Positions 21,295 through 30,766 of a stretch of DNA of 64,000 nt are shown here, one piece after another. This DNA comes from an uncultured Chloroflexia bacterium (GTDB lineage: Bacteria; Chloroflexota; Dehalococcoidia; UBA2979): contig CAVSIV010000004.1 of the NCBI GenBank assembly GCA_963728205.1, positions 32,001 to 96,000 on the forward strand, written 5' to 3'. The notes under the pieces are model-generated. The model made no database searches. It saw nothing but the letters and a program-made list of their open reading frames with translations, and had not been told where the DNA came from. Made by a program: the position numbers and the translations under genes. Numbering within the stretch: the first letter of the stretch is position 1; the number at the start of each line of letters is the position of its first letter.

Positions 21295-21316
21295 GCGGCG
21301 GCAGGCATGCCGCCGA
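21295..21316 (+). repeat. REP-like palindrome (singlet variant)
   Basis: GCGGCGGCAGGCATGCCGCCGA. Confidence 0.75.
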
Positions 21317-21376
21317 CCCGAACGCCCGGCCGACGCCGGCGCGATACGCGACGACCCCCAGCCCAGGAGGCCCCCG

Positions 21377-22513
21377 ATGACCACCACCGACGTCGACATC
21401 CATGGCACCTGCGACGACCGCTTCGCCGCCGTCCGCGACGCCTTCGCCGAGAACTTCGCCGCCGAGCCCGAGGTCGGCGCCTCCGTCGCCGTCACGCTCG
21501 ACGGCGCGCCGGTCGTCGATCTCTGGGCGGGCTACGCCGACCGCGAGCGCACGCGCGCGTGGGAGCGCGACACGATCGTCAACGTCTTCTCGACGACAAA
21601 GGGCATGGTCGCGCTCGCCGCGCACATGCTCGCCGACCGCGGCGCGCTCGACTTCGACGCGCCCGTCGCGCGCTACTGGCCGGAGTTCGCGCAGGCCGGC
21701 AAGGCCGAGCTCCCGGTGCGCTACCTGCTGACGCACCAGGCGGGGCTCAACGTGCTCGAGGGCAACCTGTCGCCCGCGCAGACGCTGGACTGGGACGCGG
21801 TGTGCGCGCAGCTCGCGAGCCAGGCTCCGCGCTGGGAGCCCGGCACGAAGCAGGGCTACCACACCGGCACGTTCGGGCACCTCGTCGGCGAGGTCGTGCG
21901 GCGGGTCGACGGCCGCACGGTCGGCACCTTCGTGCGTGAGGAGATCGCCGCGCCGCTCGGCGTCGACTTCCTGATCGGCTTCGGCCCGGAGGAGGATCAT
22001 CGCGTCGCCGACATCCTCGCGGACACGCGCACGCCGCCGGGCGACGATGTCACCGCCGCCATCGCCGCGATCGACTGGAACGCGCGCGAGCGGCGCGCCG
22101 CGGAGCTGCCTTCGGGCGGCGGGCACACGAACGCACGCGCCCTCGCCGCGGTCTACGGCGCGCTCGCGTGCGGCGGCGAGGCGCGCGGCGTGCGGCTGCT
22201 GCGCGCGGAGGCGGTCGAGCGCGCGCGCGTCGAGCGGGCGAACGGCCGCGACGAGACACTGGGCGTGCCGACCCACCGCACCCTCGGGTTCATGCTGCCG
22301 TTCGCGGAGTTCGGCGACGTGCGGCCGGTCGGCACCTTCGGCCACGCGGGCGCGGGCGGGTCGCAGGGCTTCGCCGATACCGAGCGGCACATCGGCTTCG
22401 GCTACGCGATGAACCAGGCGCTCTCGCCGCAACCGGGCGAGACGCGCCCGCCCACCGGCGGCATGGACCCGCGCGGCCAGCGCCTGGTCGGCGCGCTCTA
22501 CCGTTCGCTGTGA
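21377..22513 (+). CDS. Serine hydrolase, beta-lactamase/EstB family (paralogue 2)
   Basis: STTK, LLTHQAGL, GYH, FGHAG; AGGAGG RBS. Confidence 0.92.
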   Translation: MTTTDVDIHGTCDDRFAAVRDAFAENFAAEPEVGASVAVTLDGAPVVDLWAGYADRERTRAWERDTIVNVFSTTKGMVALAAHMLADRGALDFDAPVARYWPEFAQAGKAELPVRYLLTHQAGLNVLEGNLSPAQTLDWDAVCAQLASQAPRWEPGTKQGYHTGTFGHLVGEVVRRVDGRTVGTFVREEIAAPLGVDFLIGFGPEEDHRVADILADTRTPPGDDVTAAIAAIDWNARERRAAELPSGGGHTNARALAAVYGALACGGEARGVRLLRAEAVERARVERANGRDETLGVPTHRTLGFMLPFAEFGDVRPVGTFGHAGAGGSQGFADTERHIGFGYAMNQALSPQPGETRPPTGGMDPRGQRLVGALYRSL

Positions 22514-22529
22514 CCAAAGTCCGTCGTAA

Positions 22530-22551
22530 GCGGCGGCAGACACGCCGCCGA
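22530..22551 (+). repeat. REP-like palindrome (singlet)
   Basis: GCGGCGGCAGACACGCCGCCGA. Confidence 0.8.
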
Positions 22552-22676
22552 TCCGGGGCACGCGCCAGCGCGGTCCCGACCGGGCGAACGCGCTCGATCA
22601 GCGACGCGTCCGCCTCCTCCACCTCCGCAGACGGGCCCCCCCACGTGCGACTGACGAGGAGACATCGACCGTGTCC

Positions 22677-23321
22677 ATGGCAGGAGAGCTCGTCACGGAG
22701 ACGTTCGAGTACGACGGTGGGCGCGAGGTCACCGTGTATGTCCCGCCGACGCCTCCGGAGGCAGTCGTGTTCGCCGGCGATGGCCAGCTGATCTCGCAAT
22801 GGGGCGACGTCCTCGAGGCGGCCGACGTGCCGGCCACGATGATCGTCGGTGCGCATCGCGTGGCGGATGAGACGCTGCGGCTCCACGAGTACTCGCCGGG
22901 CTTTGCCCCGGAGCGGTTCGCCGCGCACGAGCGGTTCTTCCTCGAGGACGTGCGCCGGTGGGTACGGACCCGTTTCGGTGTCGCGCCGTCCGCCGGCCGC
23001 ACCGCGGTGTTCGGTGTCTCGGCGAGCGGAGAGCTGGCACTCGCCATCGGGCTCCGGCATCAGGACGTGTACGGTGCGATCTTCTGCGCCTCGCCGGGTG
23101 GGGGTTACCGACCGCCCCGCGTCATGCCGAGCTCGATTCCACGCACGTACCTCGTCGCCGGCACGGGAGAGCCGTGGTTCCTCGAGAACGCGGCCCGGTG
23201 GGCGGAGGCGCTGCGCGATGCCGGCGCGGACGTTGTCATGACGGAGCGGCCCGGTTCGCACGGCGAGGCGTTCTGGCGCGAAGAGCTCCCCCTGATGGTG
23301 GGATGGGCGTTCGGAGAGTGA
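22677..23321 (+). CDS. Alpha/beta hydrolase, putative esterase (Fes/IroE-like)
   Basis: VTVYVP, GVSASG nucleophile elbow, C-terminal GSH..FW; start may be GTG 22671. Confidence 0.75.
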   Translation: MAGELVTETFEYDGGREVTVYVPPTPPEAVVFAGDGQLISQWGDVLEAADVPATMIVGAHRVADETLRLHEYSPGFAPERFAAHERFFLEDVRRWVRTRFGVAPSAGRTAVFGVSASGELALAIGLRHQDVYGAIFCASPGGGYRPPRVMPSSIPRTYLVAGTGEPWFLENAARWAEALRDAGADVVMTERPGSHGEAFWREELPLMVGWAFGE

Positions 23322-23339
23322 ACCATCGCGACGCGGCCC

Positions 23340-24155
23340 CTATCGCCCCTCGAAGTTCGGCTCGCGCCGCTCCAGGAATGCCGCGACGCCTTCCTTGAAG
23401 TCGTCGCTGCCGAAGAGCGGGCCGAGGTAGACCGCGAGGTGGTCGACCGTCGTCTCGAACGTCTCGTCGACGCCGAGCCGCATCATCCGCTTCGTAGCCT
23501 GCACGGCGAGCGGCGCGTTCTGGGCGATCTCCTGCGCGAGCTCCATCGTCGCAGCCATGAGCTCGGCGTCGGGCACCACGCGGTTCACGAGGCCGAAGTC
23601 GAGGCACTCCTGCGCCGAGAGCACGCGGCCGCGGAACAGGATCTCGGCGGCCTTCGCCCAGCCAATGAGCCGCGGCAGCAGCCAGTTGCCGCCGGACTCC
23701 GGCAAGACGCCGCGCTTCACCATGACCGGCGCGAGGCGGCCGTTCTCGCCGGCGATGCGGATGTCGCAGAGCAGCGCGAGGTCCATGCCGTAGCCGGCGG
23801 CCGCGCCGTTGAGCGCGCAGATCACGGGCTTGTCCATGCGATGCAGGACGATCGGCGGCGCGTCGCGCAGGTCGAAGGGGCGCCAGGCGCGGCGCTGCGA
23901 GCGGTCGCTGCCGATGCCGGCCTGCTGCTGGTCGACGAGGTCGAGCCCGGAGCAGAAGCCGCGGCCGGCGCCGGTGAGCACGACGACGCGGACGTCCGGG
24001 TCGCGGTTGCACTCGACGAGGCGCTCGGAGAGCGCGGCGAGCATGGGACCGGAGATCGCGTTCAGGCGGTCGGGGCGGTTGAGGGTGAGGACGGCGACGT
24101 GGCCGTCGCGCTCGAAGAGGAGCTCGTCCGCGTCGGTGCCGGTGTCGGTGGCCAT
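23340..24155 (-). CDS. Enoyl-CoA hydratase/isomerase family protein
   Basis: LNRPDRLNA, GFCSGLDL, NGAAAGYG, EGVAAFLERREPNF. Confidence 0.92.
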   Translation of the reverse strand: MATDTGTDADELLFERDGHVAVLTLNRPDRLNAISGPMLAALSERLVECNRDPDVRVVVLTGAGRGFCSGLDLVDQQQAGIGSDRSQRRAWRPFDLRDAPPIVLHRMDKPVICALNGAAAGYGMDLALLCDIRIAGENGRLAPVMVKRGVLPESGGNWLLPRLIGWAKAAEILFRGRVLSAQECLDFGLVNRVVPDAELMAATMELAQEIAQNAPLAVQATKRMMRLGVDETFETTVDHLAVYLGPLFGSDDFKEGVAAFLERREPNFEGR

Positions 24156-24250
24156 GGGGGGTGCCTTTCTTGTGGTGTCGGCTGTCGCCGACGATTGAGG
24201 GTCGGCGGCCCGTGGGCCGCCGCTGACGCGGGCCGTGCGCCCGCCGGAAA

Positions 24251-24390
24251 TCGGCGGCGTGTCTGCCGCCGCTTGCGACGAGCGCTCGGGGCGAGTCCGC
24301 CGGAAGTCGGCGGCGTGTCTGCCGCCGCTTGCGGCGAGCGATCGCGGTGAGCCCGCCCGAATCGGCGGCGTGTCTGCCGCCGCTTGCGAC
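24251..24390 (-). repeat. Three direct copies of the REP-like palindrome, 55-56 bp apart
   Basis: TCGGCGGCGTGTCTGCCGCCGCTTGCG at 24251, 24307, 24362. Confidence 0.9.
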
Positions 24391-24405
24391 GGTGCGACGG
24401 GCGGG

Positions 24406-25290
24406 CTAGCGGTCCTTCGCGGAGCGGTAGTCCTGGTACGGACCGTCGCGCCAGGCGAGCGCTTCCTTGAGGCCGCCCTCGCGCATCCTGTCCTGCCACT
24501 CGTACGCCTGCGAGGTGAAGCCGCCGGCGGCATCGAGATCGGTGCTCGAGTGCACCGACGAGTAGATGCCCATGTTCTCGTGGAATCGGTTCATGTGGAT
24601 CTTCAGCATCGCCAGGTGGTCGGCCGGGAGGATCGCGATGCGGTCAGCCATCGCGATCGTGCGGTTCTCGAGCTCGTCGACCGGGCAGGCGAAGTTCACG
24701 AGGCCGATGCGCGCCGCCTCCTCGCCGCTGATGTTGTCGCCGGTGTAGAAGAGCTCCTTCGCCTTCCGCATGCCGATCAGCAACGGCAGGATCATCGAGG
24801 TGCGGGTGCCGGCGAAGCGCAGGCCGGGGTGGCCGAACTTCGCGTCGTCGGCGCAGGTCACGAGGTCGGCCATCATCGAGAGCTCGCAGCCGCCGGCGAT
24901 GGCGTAGCCGTGCACCTGCGCGATCGTGATCTTCTGGATGTTCCAGAAGTACATGTGGATGTTCGTGATGCGCTGCATGCCGGCGCGCACGCCCTGCCAG
25001 AGGCGGCGGCCCTGCTCGTCGCGCGCCTTGAAGGCGCGGACGACGGCGTCCTCGCCCGTGCGCTGCGCCGGGGTCAGGTCGTAGCCGGCGGAAAACGTGC
25101 GCCCCGCGCCGCGTACGATGATCACGCGCGCGCTGTCGTCGGCTTCGAGGTCCTCGAGCGCGGCGCGAAAGTCGAAGAGCAGCTCCTGGGAGAGCGCGTT
25201 CATCTTCTCGGGGCGGTTGAGGGTGATGCGCGCGATGCGCCCGTCCGTTCCCACCCGGTCGATCAGCAGGTTCTCGTACTCACGCGCCAT
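24406..25290 (-). CDS. Enoyl-CoA hydratase-related (crotonase) protein
   Basis: LNRPEKMNA, FSAGYDL, HGYAIAGGCEL, FGHP. Confidence 0.9.
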   Translation of the reverse strand: MAREYENLLIDRVGTDGRIARITLNRPEKMNALSQELLFDFRAALEDLEADDSARVIIVRGAGRTFSAGYDLTPAQRTGEDAVVRAFKARDEQGRRLWQGVRAGMQRITNIHMYFWNIQKITIAQVHGYAIAGGCELSMMADLVTCADDAKFGHPGLRFAGTRTSMILPLLIGMRKAKELFYTGDNISGEEAARIGLVNFACPVDELENRTIAMADRIAILPADHLAMLKIHMNRFHENMGIYSSVHSSTDLDAAGGFTSQAYEWQDRMREGGLKEALAWRDGPYQDYRSAKDR

Positions 25291-25688
25291 CCCGGGCCTC
25301 CGTCTGTCGCCTGTGCCGTGTTGCGTCGATGCGGCGCGAGTATAGCGAGCGCCGCCATGCCGTCCCGCCCGGGCCCCGTGCGCGGCGGGACCTTCGGCGG
25401 TCGTCACGCTGCGCGCCTTCGATAGGATCGGATCGACGGCGGAGATGCGCATCGGCGCGCGCGGTGACAACAGCCCGCCGCGGCGCCCGCGCTCGCCGCC
25501 GCGGCGTCCGCGCTCGCCGTCGCGACGGGCGCGGGACGCCGGCGGCCCGACCGTGACGACCTCCGCAGCACCCGCGCGCCCGCCGGAGCGACGAGCGCGT
25601 GAGCGCGCGGAGCGCAGGCAGAGAGGTCCGGTGCGAGGCGCGGGACGACGCGCCTCGCCTCGCACCGGACCGGTAGCGCGGAGAAGCT

Positions 25689-25910
25689 ATGACCAGCGAA
25701 CGCACGTCCGAAGTGATCGCCGGCGAGATCCGCGGACTCCTCGAGGACGAGCCGACCTGGGTCGATTTCGAGGGGCGCGACGACCAGCTCGTGGGCTACC
25801 TCCTCCAGGAGGGCCAGTCGCGGCACGTGCCGCGCGAGCTGCTCTGGGAGTACACCGCCGCGCGCTGGCAGGAGCTGTACGCGCCCGAGGACGACGACAT
25901 CGAGTCCTGA
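25689..25910 (+). CDS. Small acidic hypothetical protein (73 aa)
   Basis: GGAGAAG RBS, GC-ending codons, protein-like composition. Confidence 0.7.
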   Translation: MTSERTSEVIAGEIRGLLEDEPTWVDFEGRDDQLVGYLLQEGQSRHVPRELLWEYTAARWQELYAPEDDDIES

Positions 25911-25972
25911 GCGCCGCTCGCGCACGAGGGCACTTGCGGGCGCGATTTGCCGCCGCGGCACACACTGTCCAC

Positions 25973-27257
25973 ATGGACGCCCTTGACTCGCTCCGCGCCC
26001 GCGCCCATGAGCAGTTGCGCGCAAACACGCGCACGGGCGAGCGAGAGGGCCGCCGCTACACCTTCAGCGTGCCGTCGCCCGCCGCCTACCCGTTCCAGTG
26101 GTTCTGGGACTCCTGCTTTCACGCCATCGCGTGGGCCCACTTCGACGTCGAGCGGGCCGCCGAGGAGCTGCGCGCCCTGCTCGCCTGGCAGCGCGCCGAC
26201 GGCTTCATTCCTCACGTGATCTTCTGGGACCGCCCGCGCGTGCTGCGTAAGCCCTGGCACTACCTCGAGTCGAAGGACTGGCTCGCCTTTCCCTGGCCGC
26301 CGTTCGAACGCCGTCCCGCGACCACCGAGCTGATCCAGCCGCCCGTGCTCGCGCAGGCGGTCGAGCGCGTCTTCGACGCCGGCGGCGGCGAGCCGTTCGT
26401 GCGCGAGGTGCTCCCCGCCCTCCTCCGCTACCAGCGCTGGCTGCTCGCCGCGCGCGACCCCGACGACGACGGCCTGATCTCGATCGTCGCGCCGTCGGAG
26501 TCGGGGCTCGACTTCTCGCCCGCGTACGACGCCGCGCTGGGCCTCGCGCGCAACCCCGGCGGCGTGCCGATCGCGGCGGCCATGCGGATGGCGACGCTGC
26601 GCAACAAGCTCCGCGGGTGGTCGTCATACCGCATCCTGCACGCGCCCGGCGCGTTCGCGGTGGAGGACGTGCTCGTGAACTCGTGCCTGATCGCAGGGCT
26701 GGCGAGCACCGCCCGCCTCGCGCGGGTCGCCGGCGACGACGCGGCCGCGGCATGGGCCGAGCAGCAGGCGGAGCGCTCGCTCGCCTCGCTGCTCGACCGC
26801 AGCTACGACGCGCACGAGGGGACGTTCTGGAACCTCGACGGCCCGTACGAGCGCCCGGCGATGATCCACACCATCGTGTCGCTGATGCCGCTCATGCTGC
26901 GCATGCTCCCGCGGGCCGTGGCGGACGACCTCGTGAAGAGTGAGCTCACCCGCACCGACCGCTTCTGGCCGCGCTACCCGGTGCCGTCTGTGTCGCTGCA
27001 CGAGCCGGAGTTCCGGGCAAGCAGCCGCCTGCGCGGTCGCGAGCGCATCTGGCGCGGCGGCTCGTGGATCAACACCAACTGGTTTCTCGTCCACGGGCTT
27101 CGCCAGCACGGCTACTCGGACGAGGCGCGCGAGAATCCGCGCCGCAAGCCTCGAGCTCGTCGAGCGCCACGGCTTCCGCGAGTACTTCAACCCGCTCAGC
27201 GGCGCGCCCGGCGGCGCGTCGGGCTTCGGGTGGTCGACGCTCGTCATCGACATGTAA
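25973..27257 (+). pseudogene. MGH1/GH63-like glycoside hydrolase with a +1 frameshift near 27134, probably a sequence error
   Basis: YPFQWFWDSCF, QPPV, ESGLD.SP, WRGGSWINTNW; FREYFNP..FGWST in the next frame. Confidence 0.85.
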
Positions 27258-27316
27258 TCGCGTACGACACCGCGGCACGCGCTCGCCGCACGGCGCGCGG
27301 CTCGTATACTCGCGCC

Positions 27317-27967
27317 ATGACCACAATCGACCCCGACACGAAGCTCTCCATCACCGTCGTCTCCGACTACATCTGACCCTGGTGCTACGTCGGCCTCGTG
27401 GAGGTCGAGCGGATCCACCGGGAGTGGGACGTGACGCTGAAGTGGGCGCCGTTCCTGCTCGACCCCTCCATCCCGCCGCAGGGACGCGAGCGCCAGCCGC
27501 AGACGACGACCGACACGCCGAAGAGCCACCTCGAGCTGATGGGTGAGCAACGGGGCATCGAGTTCCGCCGCGGGCGGACCTTCACGCCGAACTCGCACCT
27601 CGCGCTCCAGGCCGGTGAGTACGTCGTCGAGCATGGGACGACCGAGCAGATCATCGCCTACAACATGGCCGTCTTCCGCGCCTACTTCACCGACTTCGAG
27701 AACATCGCGGACGCGGACGTGCTCGTGCGCATCGCGGGCGAGCACGGCTTCGACGCGGACGACGTCCGCGAGGCGCTCGCGACGGGCCGCTACCGCGAGC
27801 CGGTCGACCAGGGCATCGCGAACTCGTACGAGATCGGCGTGACCGGCATCCCGACGTTCATCTTCCTGGACCGCTACGCCGTGGTCGGCGCGCAGGAGTA
27901 CGAGACGTTCGAGCGGGCGCTCGAGCAGCTCGGCGCGCGCCGTCGCCCGACCGATGGGGATGCCTGA
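27317..27967 (+). CDS. DsbA/FrnE family oxidoreductase, predicted selenoprotein (Sec at codon 20)
   Basis: MTTIDPDTKLSITVVSDYI-TGA-PWCYVG continues in frame to GVTGIPTF..GAQ; the TGA at 27374-27376 falls on the first Cys of the CPWC motif. Confidence 0.88.
27390..27408 (+). promoter_or_regulatory. Candidate bacterial SECIS hairpin
   Basis: TCGGCCTC-GTG-GAGGTCGA, 8-bp stem with one G-U pair and a loop starting with G, 13 nt after the UGA. Confidence 0.6.
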
Positions 27968-28029
27968 CCCGGTGCGTGGCGGATAGGCTCGGCGCCGAAA
28001 CCACGGGCCGGTCGCCCCGGAGGCATCGC

Positions 28030-28821
28030 ATGCCGTCCACCACCCACCCCGACTTCACGACGATGGCGGAGCTGTCGGGCGCGCTCGGCGACGTGGGCGC
28101 CCGCTACACCGCACGCGGCAGCCGGCTCGGCTACTTCGCGGCGCTCTACGAGACGATGACGCGGCGCGTGGCCGCGGGCGTCGCGGCCGGGCGGTTCTCC
28201 GACGGCGCGCTGATGGAGCGACTCGCCTGCCACTTCGCCGGGCGCTACCTCTCGGCGGTCGCGCAACACGAGGCCGGCGATGCGCCGCCGCGCTGCTGGG
28301 CCGTCGCGTTCGAGGCGGCGGAGCGCTGGCGGCCGGTCATCCTGCAGCACCTCCTGCTCGGGATGAACGCGCACATCAACTTCGATCTCGGCATCGCGGT
28401 CGCGGAGGTGGCGGACGGCGACGCGCGCGGCGTGGCCGAGCTGCGGCCCGACTTCCTCGAGATCAACGAGGTGCTCGCGGAGCTGCTGTCCGTCGTCGAG
28501 CGCCGCATCGAATCGGTCTCGCCGTGGATGTGGCTGCTCGACCGCGTCGGCGGCTGCACGGAGACGGCGGTGATCAACTTCAGCATGGGCCGCGCGCGCG
28601 ACGCCGCGTGGAGCGTCGCCGAGCGCTTCGCGGCGCTGCCGGCGGAGCAGCGGCCGGCCGCCGAGGCGCGGCTCGACCACGAGTTCGCGGAGTTCGCCGA
28701 CGTCATCCGCAAGCCGGGCGCGCTCGTCACGCTCGCCCTGCTTCCGGCACGGCTACGCGAGCAGCAGGACGTCGGGCGTGTGATCGAGGCCCTGCTCGGA
28801 CCGCCGGAGACGTCGCGCTAG
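28030..28821 (+). CDS. DUF5995-like protein
   Basis: GYFAALY, FAGRY, W..AF, LLGMNAHINFDL. Confidence 0.75.
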   Translation: MPSTTHPDFTTMAELSGALGDVGARYTARGSRLGYFAALYETMTRRVAAGVAAGRFSDGALMERLACHFAGRYLSAVAQHEAGDAPPRCWAVAFEAAERWRPVILQHLLLGMNAHINFDLGIAVAEVADGDARGVAELRPDFLEINEVLAELLSVVERRIESVSPWMWLLDRVGGCTETAVINFSMGRARDAAWSVAERFAALPAEQRPAAEARLDHEFAEFADVIRKPGALVTLALLPARLREQQDVGRVIEALLGPPETSR

Positions 28822-29261
28822 CGGCCGATGAGCGCGTCCAACGAGAGCGCGCCCGACCCGAGCAGCACGAGCGCCGCTGCACCGGCGATCATCAGCACGT
28901 CGAGCTCGTAGCCCTGGACGTCACCGCCGCCGAACGGGGCGCGCACCAGGAACTTCTGCGTGTAGGTCGCGCCGAGCATGTTCGCCGCGAGCGGGATCGC
29001 CGCCCACGAGGTGAACAGTCCGGCAATCAACATCAGGCCGCCGACCACCTCCAGCGACGCCGTCCAGCGCGCGAGCGCCTGCGGCGCCGGCAGCCCGAGC
29101 CCGCGCATCCACTCGCCCGTCCCGGCGATGCCGCCCCGGAACTTGCGCGCACCGGAATAAAGGAAGATGTACCCGAGAACGATACGCAGCGGCACCGCGC
29201 CCCAGTCCGCATGCGCCGACCAGCCGAAGAGCTGCACCCACGGGTCGGTCAGGACGTGCAT
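28818..29261 (-). CDS. DoxX family membrane protein
   Basis: LRIVLG..F..G..K, EVVGGLMLIAGL, GYE, GSGALSLD; GAGGAGG RBS. Confidence 0.9.
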   Translation of the reverse strand: MHVLTDPWVQLFGWSAHADWGAVPLRIVLGYIFLYSGARKFRGGIAGTGEWMRGLGLPAPQALARWTASLEVVGGLMLIAGLFTSWAAIPLAANMLGATYTQKFLVRAPFGGGDVQGYELDVLMIAGAAALVLLGSGALSLDALIGR

Positions 29262-29353
29262 CGCCGCCTCCTCCTCACGCCGGGGCGCAGGGTAGCGGTG
29301 TGGTGCTCACCGCGCGCCGGGCGGACGCTTGCGCACACGCGCCATCCTGAGAG

Positions 29354-30151
29354 GTGCTTCCGTATCAGAAAGGCAGGCCCGCCATCTCGCTCCGACGCCC
29401 GTTCGGACTCTCCCTCCTCGTCCCGCTGCTCGCCATCGCCGCCCTCGCCGGCGGCGGCGCCACCGCCCGCGCCCAGTCGACGCTCACCTGCACGGCCAGC
29501 GCGGTGAATGCCGTTGGCGCGCACGCAGGCACGCTCGCCATCCGCGTCGCTGCCACGGTCGACTGCGGCCGGCAGGCCACGCTGCACTTCACGCTGCCCG
29601 GGGGCGAGCGCTACGCGTTCGACACCGACGCCAGCGGCCACTTCCAGGGCGTCGCCGGCGACGCGTACCTCTGCCAGAGCCAGGCGCCGAACATCGCCGT
29701 GCGCGCCGTGGCGTCGGACGGAGCGACGTGGCTGCAGTCGGTGCACATCGACACGGAATCGGGCGTGCCGGCTGTGAGCGGCTACGGACCCGAGTGCGAC
29801 GTGCTCCTGCAGCCAAACCTGAACTTCTTCACCTGGGGCGGCCCGCTCGTGTCCGCCACCGACGGGCTCTCGCGGCAGACGCTCGGCAACCCGCTGCCGC
29901 GGAGCGACAACTCGAGCACCAACCCGGTCGACCACATCTCCGCGGTCGAGGGCTACGACCCGCACAGCGACACCTGGCTGTCGTGGTTCCCCGGCGCGCC
30001 GGCCTTCACGGCGACGCTCTCGGTGCTCGTGCCGGGCGAGAGCTACGTGATCCGCTCCGACGCGGACATCCCGCTCACCTACCCGGCCGCCGGCGCCACG
30101 CCGACGCCGACCGCAACGCCGCTGCCGGCCACGCCGACCGCGACGCCGTAG
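29354..30151 (+). CDS. Secreted hypothetical protein with a Pro/Thr-rich C-terminus
   Basis: Hydrophobic signal peptide ending ARA, Cys-containing domain, terminal TPTPTATPLPATPTATP; start uncertain. Confidence 0.7.
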   Translation: MLPYQKGRPAISLRRPFGLSLLVPLLAIAALAGGGATARAQSTLTCTASAVNAVGAHAGTLAIRVAATVDCGRQATLHFTLPGGERYAFDTDASGHFQGVAGDAYLCQSQAPNIAVRAVASDGATWLQSVHIDTESGVPAVSGYGPECDVLLQPNLNFFTWGGPLVSATDGLSRQTLGNPLPRSDNSSTNPVDHISAVEGYDPHSDTWLSWFPGAPAFTATLSVLVPGESYVIRSDADIPLTYPAAGATPTPTATPLPATPTATP

Positions 30152-30167
30152 CGGACGAAGCCCGTCG

Positions 30168-30247
30168 TCAAGCGGCGGCAGCATGCCGCCGATGCCGGCG
30201 CGGCCATGGGGCCGCGAGAGCATCGGCGGCATGCTGCCGCCGCTTGA
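30168..30247. repeat. Inverted REP doublet (REPIN-like)
   Basis: 28-bp perfect inverted repeat 30168-30195/30220-30247 between convergent genes. Confidence 0.88.
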
Positions 30248-30254
30248 GTCGAAC

Positions 30255-30743
30255 CTATTCGCTGATCGCGGGGGCGGCCGCGCGTCGAGGCAGCTCGACG
30301 ACGGCCGTGCCCTGCACGGGCCGCTCGCCGCGCTCGTTCTCGAAGAACACGTCGAGCGTGGCCAGCGGCTCGCCCGTCGAGTCGTCCGCGTCCGTCACCA
30401 GCGCCACCGCGCGGAGCTTGTCGTCGTGCATCACCGGGCGGCGGAAGCTCGCGTCGATGCTGTGCAGGTGCCCCATCGCCCCCATCCAGTCGGTCACGAG
30501 CCGCGTGATCAGCGCCATGCTCATGTTGCCGGGCACGATCGGCCGGGCGAGGCCGAGCTGCTTCGCGAGGGCCTCGTCCTGGAACCGGCCGTCGCCGGGA
30601 CCGCGGCGCCCCTGCCGGTCGGGCCCCGTCATGTTGTGCAGATCCATGAACTCTTCGACATCGGCCTTCGTCGGCTGCAGCTCGATCGCGAACTCGTCGC
30701 CGGGCCACACGTCCTCGTAGTAGCGCTGCGTCTGTTGCGTCAT
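30255..30743 (-). CDS. MaoC-like dehydratase (hotdog fold)
   Basis: YYEDV.PGD, DEALAKQLGL..PIVPG, FRRPV..D. Confidence 0.82.
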   Translation of the reverse strand: MTQQTQRYYEDVWPGDEFAIELQPTKADVEEFMDLHNMTGPDRQGRRGPGDGRFQDEALAKQLGLARPIVPGNMSMALITRLVTDWMGAMGHLHSIDASFRRPVMHDDKLRAVALVTDADDSTGEPLATLDVFFENERGERPVQGTAVVELPRRAAAPAISE

Positions 30744-30766
30744 CGTCTTCGTCTCCCCCACCCGAC

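Noticed and set aside
24251-24390. Mini-CRISPR (three repeats with differing spacers)
   Set aside because: The repeat is the dispersed REP motif, the spacers resemble each other, and no cas genes are present.
10456-25290. One of the crotonases being menB
   Set aside because: None shows the MenB signatures I would expect (e.g. FCSGGDQ, VGSFD) and none is linked to the men cluster.
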